A stretch of 41,482 bases of DNA from Treponemataceae bacterium. Lineage in GTDB: Bacteria; Spirochaetota; Spirochaetia; Treponematales; Rectinemataceae. The translations under genes were made by a program, and so were the position numbers. The notes beneath the pieces were generated by a model. It worked only from the letters and a program-made list of their open reading frames with translations. It did no database searches and was not told the origin of the DNA. The stretch spans positions 1 through 41,482 of the forward strand of contig CAXXGJ010000004.1 in assembly GCA_963677895.2 (NCBI GenBank). The letters are read 5' to 3'. Each line of letters starts with the position of its first letter. Within the stretch, counting starts at the first letter, position 1. Positions 19,064 to 28,936 of this stretch are shown one piece after another.

Positions 19064-19975
19064 ATGGATTTTAAAGACCTCACTTATATTGTATCTATCG
19101 CAAACCACCAGGGAGTAGGTAAAGCTGCGGATGATCTACATGTGTCCCAACCGACCCTAAGCAAATTTGTACAAAATATTGAAAAAGATCTGGGATTTCC
19201 CCTCTTCAACAAACTGGGGAATAAATTTATGTTAACCTATGCAGGAAAGCGTTACTATGATACTGCCAAGGCGGTATTGATAATGAAGAGTGATCTCGAC
19301 AATGAACTTTCGGAAATCCTTAAAGAAAAAATCGGTAAATTGCATATTGGACTTCCCAATATGAGAGGAATATGTATCCTGCCCAGGACCCTGCCGCAAT
19401 TCCGTGATAGATATCCCAATGTCAAGCTCTCTATTCATGAAGCAAACTCAAATGTCATGGAACATATGGTGCTGAACGGTGATCTTGATTTGGCTTTCAT
19501 TGTAATGCCCCATAAACACCCCAATTTAACCTACGAGCCTATTACGAATGAAGAAATCCTTTTAATTATGTCGCCCAATCACCCGATGTCGGCATCAGGA
19601 AGTTATAAGGATGGGTTTAAACACTCCTGGATTGATCTTTCCAAACTTGAATCAGAACAGTTTATTCTTCAATGGCCTGATCAGAGAACTCGGCAGTTGA
19701 CAGAAAAAATATTCGATGAAGTAGGTATCAGACCAAAAAAAATACTTACCATTCGAAATATTTTCACTTCAATGCAACTTGCCGCCAATGGTTACGGCAT
19801 TTCTTTTTCAGGGGAATATCCTATAAGATACATACACCTAGATAAAAAACCCGTTTGTTTTTCTGTAGGACACACACCAACCACATTTAGCCTTATGGCC
19901 GTATATCGTAGCGAAATCAATCTGCCTTTGTTTACGCGAGAATTTATAGAAATAGTTAAAAAAAATGTGACGTAG
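19064..19975 (+). CDS. LysR-family transcriptional regulator
   Basis: MDFKDLTY...AADDLHVSQPTLSK HTH; AGGAGG RBS before ATG 19064; divergent from the oxidoreductase operon. Confidence 0.93.
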   Translation: MDFKDLTYIVSIANHQGVGKAADDLHVSQPTLSKFVQNIEKDLGFPLFNKLGNKFMLTYAGKRYYDTAKAVLIMKSDLDNELSEILKEKIGKLHIGLPNMRGICILPRTLPQFRDRYPNVKLSIHEANSNVMEHMVLNGDLDLAFIVMPHKHPNLTYEPITNEEILLIMSPNHPMSASGSYKDGFKHSWIDLSKLESEQFILQWPDQRTRQLTEKIFDEVGIRPKKILTIRNIFTSMQLAANGYGISFSGEYPIRYIHLDKKPVCFSVGHTPTTFSLMAVYRSEINLPLFTREFIEIVKKNVT

Positions 19976-20054
19976 TGGGTAGCAGTCTCATGAACCCAGT
20001 CCCAATATGCTGAACCCATCGAGCAGCACCACTACAGAAATTGAATAAGGTGGT

Positions 20055-20216
20055 GAAGGCGCTTCGATATTGCCCAATATCAGGGTTTATGAAACAATCG
20101 AAGACCTGAAAAGCGGAACCGATCCCGTATATGAGAAGGCGATAGAGTATTTGGAATGATGTTTGATATTATCATTATCGGCGCGGGTCCCGCCGGCGCG
20201 ACATTCGCGCGATTGG
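20055..20216 (+). repeat. 162-bp direct repeat, copy 2 (orphan S41 3' end + intact cbrA start)
   Basis: Matches 13076-13237. Confidence 0.95.
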
Positions 20217-21202
20217 CGGAACCACAGCTTAAAATACTCCTCGTGGAAAAAAGCACGGATCGTGAAAAATGCTGCGGAGGCCTTGTGGCGCCCGACGCGC
20301 AGAAAATGCTCGCGCGCTTCGATCTTGGAATTCCCAAGGAAATAATATCCGATCCGCAGCTTTTCTACGTCAGGTCCATCGACCTTGAGACCAATCGCGA
20401 GGGCAAATACCAAAGACATTACACCAATATAAACAGAAGGCTCCTCGATCGATATCTTATCAAGAAACTGCCCGGCAACGTGAAGCACATGGCCGGGGGG
20501 CAGTATTTAGGACATCGGCAAGAGAAGGGCGAAATCATCGTATCCATACGACATAATGGAGAAGTGGCGGAACATTCATGCAAGGTCCTGGTGGGCGCCG
20601 ATGGCGCCCATTCATCGGTGAGGAAAGCTCTCTACGACGATTTCCACAAAATAAGGAAGTATCTGGCAATCCAGGGAGAATATAAGCTGGAAACATCCAT
20701 CAACCACTATGCCGTGTTTTTTGACCGGAGCATAAGCGATTTCTACTCCTGGCTGATACCGAAGGGCGACACCGTTCTGGTTGGTGGCGCCTTTGACGAA
20801 AGGAAAGACGCCAAACAGAAGTACAAAAAATTGATCGAGGAAGTGGTTTCATATGGTTATAGCCTGGGAGCTCTAGTAAGGCTGGATGCGTGTTATCTGC
20901 TGCGCCCGCGATTGAGGGACATAAAAACCGGCCAGGGCGGCGTCGCGTTGATAGGTGAAGCCGCCGGCCTGATCAGCCCAAGCTCGTCGGAAGGACTGAG
21001 CTACGCCTATCGAAGCGCCTATACGCTGGCCAAAACGCTGAAAGATGCCGCCGCCTTCGATATCAAGAAGTACGATAAAGGCATCCTCGGACTTCGAATA
21101 AATATATTCATGAAAAACATCAAGGGACTCTTCATCTACAATTCTTTCATAAGGAACATGATATTCAAGATGAATATCGGAACCATAAAAAATGCCCGAT
21201 AA
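20156..21202 (+). CDS. cbrA: CbrA-like FAD-binding oxidoreductase (geranylgeranyl reductase-like family)
   Basis: GAGPAG, KCCGGLVAPDAQK, DPQLFYV..ID, VGADGAHS and IGEAAGLISPSSSEGLSYA motifs. Confidence 0.78.
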   Translation: MMFDIIIIGAGPAGATFARLAEPQLKILLVEKSTDREKCCGGLVAPDAQKMLARFDLGIPKEIISDPQLFYVRSIDLETNREGKYQRHYTNINRRLLDRYLIKKLPGNVKHMAGGQYLGHRQEKGEIIVSIRHNGEVAEHSCKVLVGADGAHSSVRKALYDDFHKIRKYLAIQGEYKLETSINHYAVFFDRSISDFYSWLIPKGDTVLVGGAFDERKDAKQKYKKLIEEVVSYGYSLGALVRLDACYLLRPRLRDIKTGQGGVALIGEAAGLISPSSSEGLSYAYRSAYTLAKTLKDAAAFDIKKYDKGILGLRINIFMKNIKGLFIYNSFIRNMIFKMNIGTIKNAR

Positions 21203-21213
21203 TATCAGGCTGC

Positions 21214-22482
21214 TTAGAATAAATCCCCGTCCGCATTGAACGACACTTCTTCCGGCTCGCCCACTATTTCAATATCAGGGTGTCTTTTAGCTTCTTGGAG
21301 TAAATTCTCGGAGATAAGAATCTCATCCAACGCTAGCGTATGGGCGATGCGGATCATCGTGATATTTTCGGGTTCTACTCCGGCACTCATTTTAATGGCC
21401 GCCTGAATAGTCAATTTATGGTTGTCGAAATACATCGGAATTTTGCACAAGCTCGTTACCGTGCTGGTGAGCGAGTTGGGATAGGTTGTATCCCGATCCA
21501 TTTTATCCACTACCCGCTTCGAACAGACATCAGCCATTCCCAATCCTACCACGTTTCCCAATGTCTCATCGGTGATATCAAGAATCCCGATGCGTTGGGC
21601 ATCGATCCCGCCAACTATGTTGGGTACGATCCAACGGCCCGAGACGTTTGGGTCCATGCCTTCCCCGCTTATGTTCTTGCCGATATAATCAACGATCATC
21701 ACATCGACTTTATCGAAAAGGATTCTGGACATTTTTTGTTTGGCGATCTCGAGCAAGGCCGGTTCCTCTAAGGGAATTTGCTCTTTTGTCATCACCTTTA
21801 CGATGGCGGTCTCATCATATGCGTTCTCAACCAAACCGATTCCAAGAAGAATCTTGGCATGCCGCAAAATGCCGAAGGCGAATTTTTCCACATTGGGACC
21901 TAGATGCATGATGCCCTGGCGATGACAGATCTGCGCTCCAAGCTGAGCTCCCAAACCTATGGTCATCATCTTCATCACCCCGCTTTCGTATCTACCATGG
22001 AAGGCGGTGTGGGCCTTGATCCTGTTGAGCGTGATGATACCGTCGGCTTCGGCGGCCAACCGATTTATATGGATCGGTCTGCCGTCGTCAAGGTAGCCGA
22101 TGCATACCGTATCCATGGTCGCGATCACTGGGCAGCCAACGTACTCCTCGGTCACGCCATATTCATGGATGATCGCCAGTTGTCCTTCGGCAACCGAGCC
22201 CCCGTGGCTTCCCATCGCCGGAAAGACGAATGGTTTCGCCCCTCGTTTTTGCAGGAAAGAGACGGTCTCCTTGATCACCAGCGCGAGATTCGCAACGCCG
22301 CGGCTTCCGGCCGTGATGGCGATTCTCATTCCCGGCTTGATCCGCTCAACAACCTCATCACGCCCGAGTTCCTGCCTTACCGAGGCAGCAACGTCATCCA
22401 GGCGTGATTTGTCAAACTTTTGTCTGATTTTCACCAAACGGGGGATTGGTATCCCCTCTAACATGTTGTTTACACTACCCAT
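21214..22482 (-). CDS. Lactate racemase (LarA)-like domain protein
   Basis: AITAGSRG, PAMGSHGG, NRIKAHTAF, KMMTIGLG and GKNISGEGMDPN motifs. Confidence 0.78.
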   Translation of the reverse strand: MGSVNNMLEGIPIPRLVKIRQKFDKSRLDDVAASVRQELGRDEVVERIKPGMRIAITAGSRGVANLALVIKETVSFLQKRGAKPFVFPAMGSHGGSVAEGQLAIIHEYGVTEEYVGCPVIATMDTVCIGYLDDGRPIHINRLAAEADGIITLNRIKAHTAFHGRYESGVMKMMTIGLGAQLGAQICHRQGIMHLGPNVEKFAFGILRHAKILLGIGLVENAYDETAIVKVMTKEQIPLEEPALLEIAKQKMSRILFDKVDVMIVDYIGKNISGEGMDPNVSGRWIVPNIVGGIDAQRIGILDITDETLGNVVGLGMADVCSKRVVDKMDRDTTYPNSLTSTVTSLCKIPMYFDNHKLTIQAAIKMSAGVEPENITMIRIAHTLALDEILISENLLQEAKRHPDIEIVGEPEEVSFNADGDLF

Positions 22483-22488
22483 TTTATC

Positions 22489-23769
22489 TCAATATCCTAA
22501 TGCGTGCGGTATGAATGTTACAACTCCCGGCACATATGTGATAAGCAGAAGAACTAGTATTCCAGCGACGACGAAGGGCCAAATGCTTTTGTATAACTCA
22601 GAAAGTTTTACATGTCCAACATTGGCGCCAACAAACAACTGCATCCCGACTGGTGGAGTGATCAATCCGATAGTGAGGTTGAAGCATACTAAAATCCCAA
22701 AGTGGATGGGATCGATGCCGAATTTTATCGCGAGTGGCAATAGTACCGGGGTGATGACCAACAGGGCAGGAGCTTGGTCCATGAACAAACCCAGAATCAG
22801 CAGCAGGATATTGACGAACATCAGGAACGCGATTGGAGAATTTAGGAATTGCGAGAAGAACTGAACTAGGTTTTGCGGAATCCGCAATATGGTGATAGCG
22901 TACCCCATCGCACTGGCTATGCCGATAATGGCTAATACGTTAGCTGAGGCTTTCCCAGTACTGACGCAACATCCGTAAAAAGATTTCCATGTGATGGATT
23001 TCTTGGCGATGGCGACGATAAGTGAGTACAGCACCGCGATGGCGCTTGCTTCCGTGGCCGTGAAGATTCCGAACACGATACCGCCAAGGATGATCACGGG
23101 TAAACCGAGCGCGGGCAACGTATTCCAGAACACATGCAAACGTTCTTTCCAGGTGAACTTTCGATCGCGTGGATGGTTGTACTTTATCGCATAGACGTAG
23201 CATAAAGCCATCTCAACCAATCCCAGGAGAATACCCGGAAAAATTCCTCCAAGGAACATGGCTGTCACCGAGACGTTGCTCGCGCACACGGCATAAATAA
23301 TCATGATGTTGCTTGGGGGAATGATCGGTGCGATGATTGCTGATGCCGCGGTCACGGTGGTGGAATACACTCGGTCGTAACCAGCTTCAGTCATCATCTC
23401 GATCTCAATCTTGCCAAGACTTGTCATGTCGGCAGTCGCCGAACCAGAGATCCCGGCAAATAACATGCTCCCTAGCACGTTCACTTGCGCAAGGCCACCT
23501 CGGATGTGACCAACGAGACTCATGCAGAATTGTTCCAGGCTCGTTAACATGCCGCAGCAGCTCATGATTTCTCCGGAAAGCACGAACAGCGGGATGCAGA
23601 GATAGGTGAAATTATCGATGCCAGAGAACATTTTCTGGGCGATGACCATCAGGTTGGTCATTCCGAGACTATTCAGTCCGGCAACCGTAATGATGCCCAT
23701 CGAGAAGAATATGGGCAAACCTAAAATGATTGTTCCGATAAAGATCGCAAGTAGAATCAGGCCAGCCAT
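22489..23769 (-). CDS. dctM: TRAP transporter large permease
   Basis: GGLAQVN, FAGISGSATAD, IIPPS, FTATEA and GLITPPVG motifs. Confidence 0.93.
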   Translation of the reverse strand: MAGLILLAIFIGTIILGLPIFFSMGIITVAGLNSLGMTNLMVIAQKMFSGIDNFTYLCIPLFVLSGEIMSCCGMLTSLEQFCMSLVGHIRGGLAQVNVLGSMLFAGISGSATADMTSLGKIEIEMMTEAGYDRVYSTTVTAASAIIAPIIPPSNIMIIYAVCASNVSVTAMFLGGIFPGILLGLVEMALCYVYAIKYNHPRDRKFTWKERLHVFWNTLPALGLPVIILGGIVFGIFTATEASAIAVLYSLIVAIAKKSITWKSFYGCCVSTGKASANVLAIIGIASAMGYAITILRIPQNLVQFFSQFLNSPIAFLMFVNILLLILGLFMDQAPALLVITPVLLPLAIKFGIDPIHFGILVCFNLTIGLITPPVGMQLFVGANVGHVKLSELYKSIWPFVVAGILVLLLITYVPGVVTFIPHALGY

Positions 23770-24329
23770 CAGGTCGCCTCCGTATGAGTTCCGGCCGAAC
23801 CCACCGGCGGCCTACCCTGGAAAGGCGCAAGCTGGCCGCTGACGACTCCCAACACTTCCACGAGCCACTCAAAAGCCAACATCACGCAGGCCACAAATGG
23901 TGCCGAGTACAGCATAATTCCGGGAAGCATGAGCACTGGCGATCGGTAATTCTGCATATTTATCATTGCCGAATATCCCCAGCGGATACCAATTACCAAG
24001 AAGAGCAGGATTAGAAGACGCACCACCGCGTATAGGAAATACTTGTATTTACCCTTCAGCGCTTCATACAACAGATTAAGCGCTGGCATATTCCCTTCCC
24101 GGAAACAGAGAGCAATTCCGAGATAACCAGACCAGATCATGGCATACCGTGCGTACTCCTCCGTAAACGGGGAGGAAATCGTGAAGAATTTAACGATGAT
24201 GAAGCGGTAGGTGACTTGGTACATCAAATCAAAGGCACAGGTGGCGATCAAGACCGCCATGATCGCTTGTATGATACGCGACATAACTCGCGACACCTTC
24301 TCCAAAGCTAAATACGTTGCTTTTAACAT
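23769..24329 (-). CDS. dctQ: TRAP transporter small permease
   Basis: Four TM-like segments; TEEYARYAMIW; lies between dctP and dctM. Confidence 0.88.
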   Translation of the reverse strand: MLKATYLALEKVSRVMSRIIQAIMAVLIATCAFDLMYQVTYRFIIVKFFTISSPFTEEYARYAMIWSGYLGIALCFREGNMPALNLLYEALKGKYKYFLYAVVRLLILLFLVIGIRWGYSAMINMQNYRSPVLMLPGIMLYSAPFVACVMLAFEWLVEVLGVVSGQLAPFQGRPPVGSAGTHTEAT

Positions 24330-24384
24330 GCTCTCCTCACAAAATAGACCGGGGTCTTGTCGGACCCCGATCTTGAATCAAAAA

Positions 24385-25398
24385 TTACTTGCTTGCGCGA
24401 TAAGCGGCAATGACTTTTTGGAATTCATCGACTGGTCCGTTGCCAAGCTGCTGGCGAGCGAAGCTCTCGGTGGCCTTCATGATCGGAGTCTGCCACGCCT
24501 TGCGTTCTGCGTCGGTCGGGAAATAAATCTGGAGGCCAAAGCTCTGCAACTTCTTGATGCCTTCAACTTCGATGACCTTGTACATCGCGATGGAGGATTT
24601 CTCGGCTTCCACGACGGCCTCATCCAAGACTTTCCGAATATCTTCCGGCAGGCCGTTGTACATTTTAGCGTTGACTATGATGGCGCAAATACTAGCCATG
24701 TGGTTGTCCATGACCATGTACTTCTGTACTTCGTAGGTCTTGTCAACGAGGATGTTGTTTACGGGGTTTTCCTGTCCATCTACGATTCCGTTCTGCATCG
24801 CGGTGTACATTTCGCCGCTGGCCATCGGAACGGCATTCGCTCCCAAGGATTGAACCATCTTTACGGAAATTTGGTTCTGCATGGTCCGGAAAGTTTGTCC
24901 CTTAGCACTTGCGATAGTATTCAATGGTTTATTGCTGGTGAAGCAGCGGAATCCGTTGGAAAGAGCGGACAGAACTTTGATCCCGGTTTTAGCTTCAAGG
25001 CGAGCGTGCAGGGCATCTCCCCACGGACCATTCATGATCGCGTTGACTTCGGTTGCATCAGACAGAAATCCAGGTACGGTGGGGAGCATCGTTTCAGGAA
25101 AATAGCTATTGAGAATCGCATAGTTGAACGATGCAATTTCAATCGTACCGGCTTGGACGCCCTGCACCATCTCAGTCTGATTACCTAGTTGTTCGCTCGG
25201 GTAGATGTCAAATTTCACGCGGCCGTTTGTCTTGGATTCCATGGCCTTTTTCAATATGCCAAGGTACACTAGCTCGGCGCTGTCCACAGACTCAGAATGT
25301 GATGTAGTGGCCTTGATGATGTACTTACTTTGCCCCTGAGCTGTCAAAGGCAACAGTATGGTAGCCAGCAACAATGCGACACCAACGATTCTTTTCAT
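24385..25398 (-). CDS. dctP: TRAP substrate-binding protein
   Basis: Signal peptide; YPSEQLG, NGFR and GIVDGQENP motifs. Confidence 0.92.
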   Translation of the reverse strand: MKRIVGVALLLATILLPLTAQGQSKYIIKATTSHSESVDSAELVYLGILKKAMESKTNGRVKFDIYPSEQLGNQTEMVQGVQAGTIEIASFNYAILNSYFPETMLPTVPGFLSDATEVNAIMNGPWGDALHARLEAKTGIKVLSALSNGFRCFTSNKPLNTIASAKGQTFRTMQNQISVKMVQSLGANAVPMASGEMYTAMQNGIVDGQENPVNNILVDKTYEVQKYMVMDNHMASICAIIVNAKMYNGLPEDIRKVLDEAVVEAEKSSIAMYKVIEVEGIKKLQSFGLQIYFPTDAERKAWQTPIMKATESFARQQLGNGPVDEFQKVIAAYRASK

Positions 25399-25438
25399 CT
25401 TTCTCCTCCTTGGTTAAATCTTGATACTCATCAAAGTA

Positions 25439-26584
25439 TTACCTCAACCACTTGGGGTAGTACTTTTCGAAAACTTCTTCATTGACGGCGATTCCCAGCC
25501 CGGGCTCTTGCGGTACAGGAATATACCCGTCTTTTACCATGCAGTTATTTCCGCACAACTCTTTCCTTAAGCCATACGATCCACCAGAAGTGATATATTC
25601 CGCGGCAAGAGAATTGCCACAGGAGGCCAACATGTGGATCGCCGCCGATACAGCGACGGATGCATGGATATGGGGACATAGTGGAATATCATAAGCGTCA
25701 GCCATGGCGGCGATTTTTTTGGTCTCGGTAATTCCGCCCGCATGGACGATATCGGGTTGGATTATATTCACGGCGTGTCTTTCGATCACGTCTCGGAATT
25801 CATACTTCGTATAATAATTTTCCCCCGCGGCAATGGGAACTCCTGCGTTCACCGCCAGATTAGCCATGTTGTAGAGATCGTTGATTCTGATGGGTTCTTC
25901 TATGAAGGTCAGGTTGAAGGCTTTGTAATATTCAACATTCCTCATCAGATCCGGATAATCAAAACACTGATTGGCGTCGACCATGATTCCAAGATCTGGA
26001 CCTAAAGCTTTTCGGACAGCTTCGAGGTTTTTCATGTCTTGTTCCAACCCGAACCCAATCTTCATTTTCACGCCTTTGAAACCTTGATCCGCGTATCGTT
26101 TCGCTTCTTCGCCGCTTTCCTCGGCGGTCAATGCGCGACCTTTGATTCCGAAAAATCCCGACGCATATGCTGGAATCTTGTCATGTACGCAACCTCCAAG
26201 CAGATTCCAAACCGGAGTATCAAGCAACTTTCCCGCGAGATCCCACAAAGCGATATCGATACCGGCGGCAGCGCTTACCGCGGCGCCTTTCGCTCCAAAC
26301 GCATAGGCGCTGGTTCCCCTTCCCACCATCTTTTCAAATAGGCGTTCACGATGAAAGCAATTCTGTCCTATCACCAAATCTTTTAGCCTATGTTCTATAA
26401 GACCGGTAAAGGCGGGAATGCCACCACCATGTATCGGCCCTATTTCACCATAACCAGCGACACCGTTTTCCGCCGTTACCTTTACGATCACCGTGCTCCA
26501 GTTGTACCAAATTCCGGTAGCATCCTGAGCAGGATACTCAAGCGGATATTCAACCGGGAAAGCTTGAACAGCTTTGATTTTCAT
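25439..26584 (-). CDS. Mandelate racemase/muconate lactonizing enzyme family protein (enolase superfamily)
   Basis: DIALWDLAGK, KMK, MVDANQ, FIEEP, AAGEN, IIQPD and PGLG motifs. Confidence 0.92.
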   Translation of the reverse strand: MKIKAVQAFPVEYPLEYPAQDATGIWYNWSTVIVKVTAENGVAGYGEIGPIHGGGIPAFTGLIEHRLKDLVIGQNCFHRERLFEKMVGRGTSAYAFGAKGAAVSAAAGIDIALWDLAGKLLDTPVWNLLGGCVHDKIPAYASGFFGIKGRALTAEESGEEAKRYADQGFKGVKMKIGFGLEQDMKNLEAVRKALGPDLGIMVDANQCFDYPDLMRNVEYYKAFNLTFIEEPIRINDLYNMANLAVNAGVPIAAGENYYTKYEFRDVIERHAVNIIQPDIVHAGGITETKKIAAMADAYDIPLCPHIHASVAVSAAIHMLASCGNSLAAEYITSGGSYGLRKELCGNNCMVKDGYIPVPQEPGLGIAVNEEVFEKYYPKWLR

Positions 26585-26604
26585 ATCATCTCATCCTTGA
26601 AAAT

Positions 26605-27822
26605 TCAGTCATTATCGAGATATTGCTCGATGGCATGCACAATTTGTATAGAAGGAAGAGGCGGGCATCCCGGTATGAATTGGGTTTTCCCATACCAGGG
26701 ATGATCCATCGCATCGTCTCCTACTATGATCACGTTCGCATAACTTTTGACGGGGATTGGAGCTTTGCTTCCGACTATGACGCAGACATCTTGTTTCAGC
26801 CTTTGTAGCTTTCCGTCCAGCTCGAGACGTTTTACAGCGGCTCCGATCTGGGCAAGCTCAAATCTGCAAGCGCATCCCGCGAACACTTTGATATGCTTGT
26901 GCAGGCCGATCGGATTCCAGATTTGTGCGCGCTTAAACCGTTTGGCCACTTTCTCAATCGTGTCGCCAATGATCTCGATCTTTGACAGGTCGCCCTCACC
27001 GATTCCCTGGACCATCGCCAAACGGGTAATCGGAACCTCGATAGGCTCAATTTTCATGATCTTCCCGCACACGACATCGGTTGCGACGACATCTTGGGAT
27101 GCTACGATCACATTCATTTTTATTGGCTCTGTGTAGATAGGGCCGTAGCCTTCCCCGCAGATGATCCCGTCGACAATGTTCAAGTCCGGCATCGCAGCTT
27201 TGAGCATATCCAACATCTTCCAAGGGAAAGCTTCGTTGTGGAGCAATATCTTGTCGTCTACCCCGAAGACTCCCTGCATGCTCTTGATCGCTAAGGTGAC
27301 CTCGGTTTGGCAATGGGTCTTGAGCTTCGGGACATTGATGAAATAATCGGTATCCAGAATCGATTTCGGGACCCGTACCGAAGACAGTACCTCGCCATCG
27401 GGAAGATCTACTTCTATAAACGGTTCCTCATCCCACCCTAAAAGCCGTGCTCCAGCTTTCCTGATCGCATCACCTAGCCCCGATTTATTGAATGCGTCGA
27501 TAGCCCCTGAATGCATATGCTTGAGATTTACCGATTTGCCTTCAGCTACGATAATGTCGGCAATCCCGTGATCCTTTAATATGTTTATAAGGGCTACTAG
27601 AATTCTGGGATCTGTTAAGACAGAGCCTCCGGTTGTATGGTAAGGGACTTCGACGAGGTTTGGTTTTATAATGACCGAATTGGGTCGACCGACGACTGTA
27701 TGAAAACCACCCAAGTTATCGAAGGTCTCCATCAGCATGTCTTGAATGACTTCGACACTGATTGAAGAATACAATTCGGGTGATTCTGGAACCTCATTTT
27801 GAATGATTGAGACACGCGCCAT
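26605..27822 (-). CDS. DUF362-domain protein with Cys-containing C-terminal extension
   Basis: IIKPNLV, TDPR, INVPKLKTH, VDGI..GEG.GP and DVVATD motifs; C-terminal GCAC and GCPP; GGAGG RBS before ATG 27822. Confidence 0.82.
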   Translation of the reverse strand: MARVSIIQNEVPESPELYSSISVEVIQDMLMETFDNLGGFHTVVGRPNSVIIKPNLVEVPYHTTGGSVLTDPRILVALINILKDHGIADIIVAEGKSVNLKHMHSGAIDAFNKSGLGDAIRKAGARLLGWDEEPFIEVDLPDGEVLSSVRVPKSILDTDYFINVPKLKTHCQTEVTLAIKSMQGVFGVDDKILLHNEAFPWKMLDMLKAAMPDLNIVDGIICGEGYGPIYTEPIKMNVIVASQDVVATDVVCGKIMKIEPIEVPITRLAMVQGIGEGDLSKIEIIGDTIEKVAKRFKRAQIWNPIGLHKHIKVFAGCACRFELAQIGAAVKRLELDGKLQRLKQDVCVIVGSKAPIPVKSYANVIIVGDDAMDHPWYGKTQFIPGCPPLPSIQIVHAIEQYLDND

Positions 27823-27889
27823 GGACAAAACACCTCCGTTTCCGGCTAGATCACAGACAGCCCTTATCGGCTCCTAAATACGCAATATA

Positions 27890-27952
27890 TTTTATGTATA
27901 CAATTATTAGCATTGATAATCTATGTTGTCAACAAATATATTATACAATTAA
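27890..27952. promoter_or_regulatory. Probable GntR operator region
   Basis: TGTATACA palindrome (27896-27903) and a related ATTATACAAT in the divergent intergenic region. Confidence 0.45.
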
Positions 27953-28097
27953 TCAAGCTAAAACTAAAACCTCATTGTAACTATTCTAGCTTTACCAACC
28001 AATAATTTATGATTATTACTTTATATTTGACAAAAAACCGTCAATTATGCATAATAAAATAGTACATATTGTATTTAATTATTATGGAGAGATTATA

Positions 28098-28814
28098 ATG
28101 GCACGACCCAAAAGTGATGCAGTTGAGATTGCATTTAATTTTATAAGAGACCAGGTCAATCGATATGAGCTAAAGCCAAGCGATGTGGTTTCTGATTCGG
28201 CTATATCATTGAAATTGGCGATGAGCAGGACTCCCGTACGCGAAGCTATCCAACTATTAGTCGGCGCGGGGTTGATAGAGAAGGTCAATTCAAAGTTCTT
28301 GGTCACGCATATTCCGTTTAGCGTGATTTCCAACGTTTTTGAGGTGCGGGAATCGCTTGAGCTCCTCGCCGCTCGTAACATCATGAGAAACGGAGGGCTT
28401 TCTGAAAGTCAGAAAGAGGAATTGAGGGATCTGCATCGGCAGTTTCAAGACAACCTTGAAAACAGGAATCTTGAGTCCAACTTTCATCCCGACTCGGTGT
28501 TCCATTCAAAAATAGTTGAATACTCGGGCAACATCATCGCGATAAATCTCATGAAGGACATGGAATTGCGCAGTGAACGTATACGATGGCTGTCGATTCT
28601 TACCCCTGACCGTTATACGGCATCGTATAAAGAACACGATCTTATCTTGAGTTCGCTAGAAGAAGGCAATTTGAAAGCAGCTGAGCGCACCATCAGAATC
28701 CATATCGGCAATTCCCTGGAGAACTACCGCAGGGTCACTCAGATTCCCAATTGGGAGAACATCATTATCTCAATAAGGAACTCGATCATCTCTTCCAACA
28801 GCGTTTCTTCTTAA
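28098..28814 (+). CDS. GntR-family regulator (FCD domain)
   Basis: MSRTPVREAI HTH; FHSKIVEYSGN; EHDLI; GGAG RBS before ATG 28098. Confidence 0.9.
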   Translation: MARPKSDAVEIAFNFIRDQVNRYELKPSDVVSDSAISLKLAMSRTPVREAIQLLVGAGLIEKVNSKFLVTHIPFSVISNVFEVRESLELLAARNIMRNGGLSESQKEELRDLHRQFQDNLENRNLESNFHPDSVFHSKIVEYSGNIIAINLMKDMELRSERIRWLSILTPDRYTASYKEHDLILSSLEEGNLKAAERTIRIHIGNSLENYRRVTQIPNWENIIISIRNSIISSNSVSS

Positions 28815-28936
28815 CCAGCTGGCTTTGTATTCCCTATACCTTGATTTTTTTGTGAATCCAGCCAGACAATTTGACAGGAAGTCAGCACATGCCCCACAGC
28901 GCGGCCGAGCAAGGCGAATGTGCCGCCATTTCCCGC

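Noticed and set aside
13076..20216. Composite transposon or CRISPR interpretation of the direct repeats
   Set aside because: Only two copies, both made of coding sequence; no terminal inverted repeats, intact transposase, spacers or cas genes.
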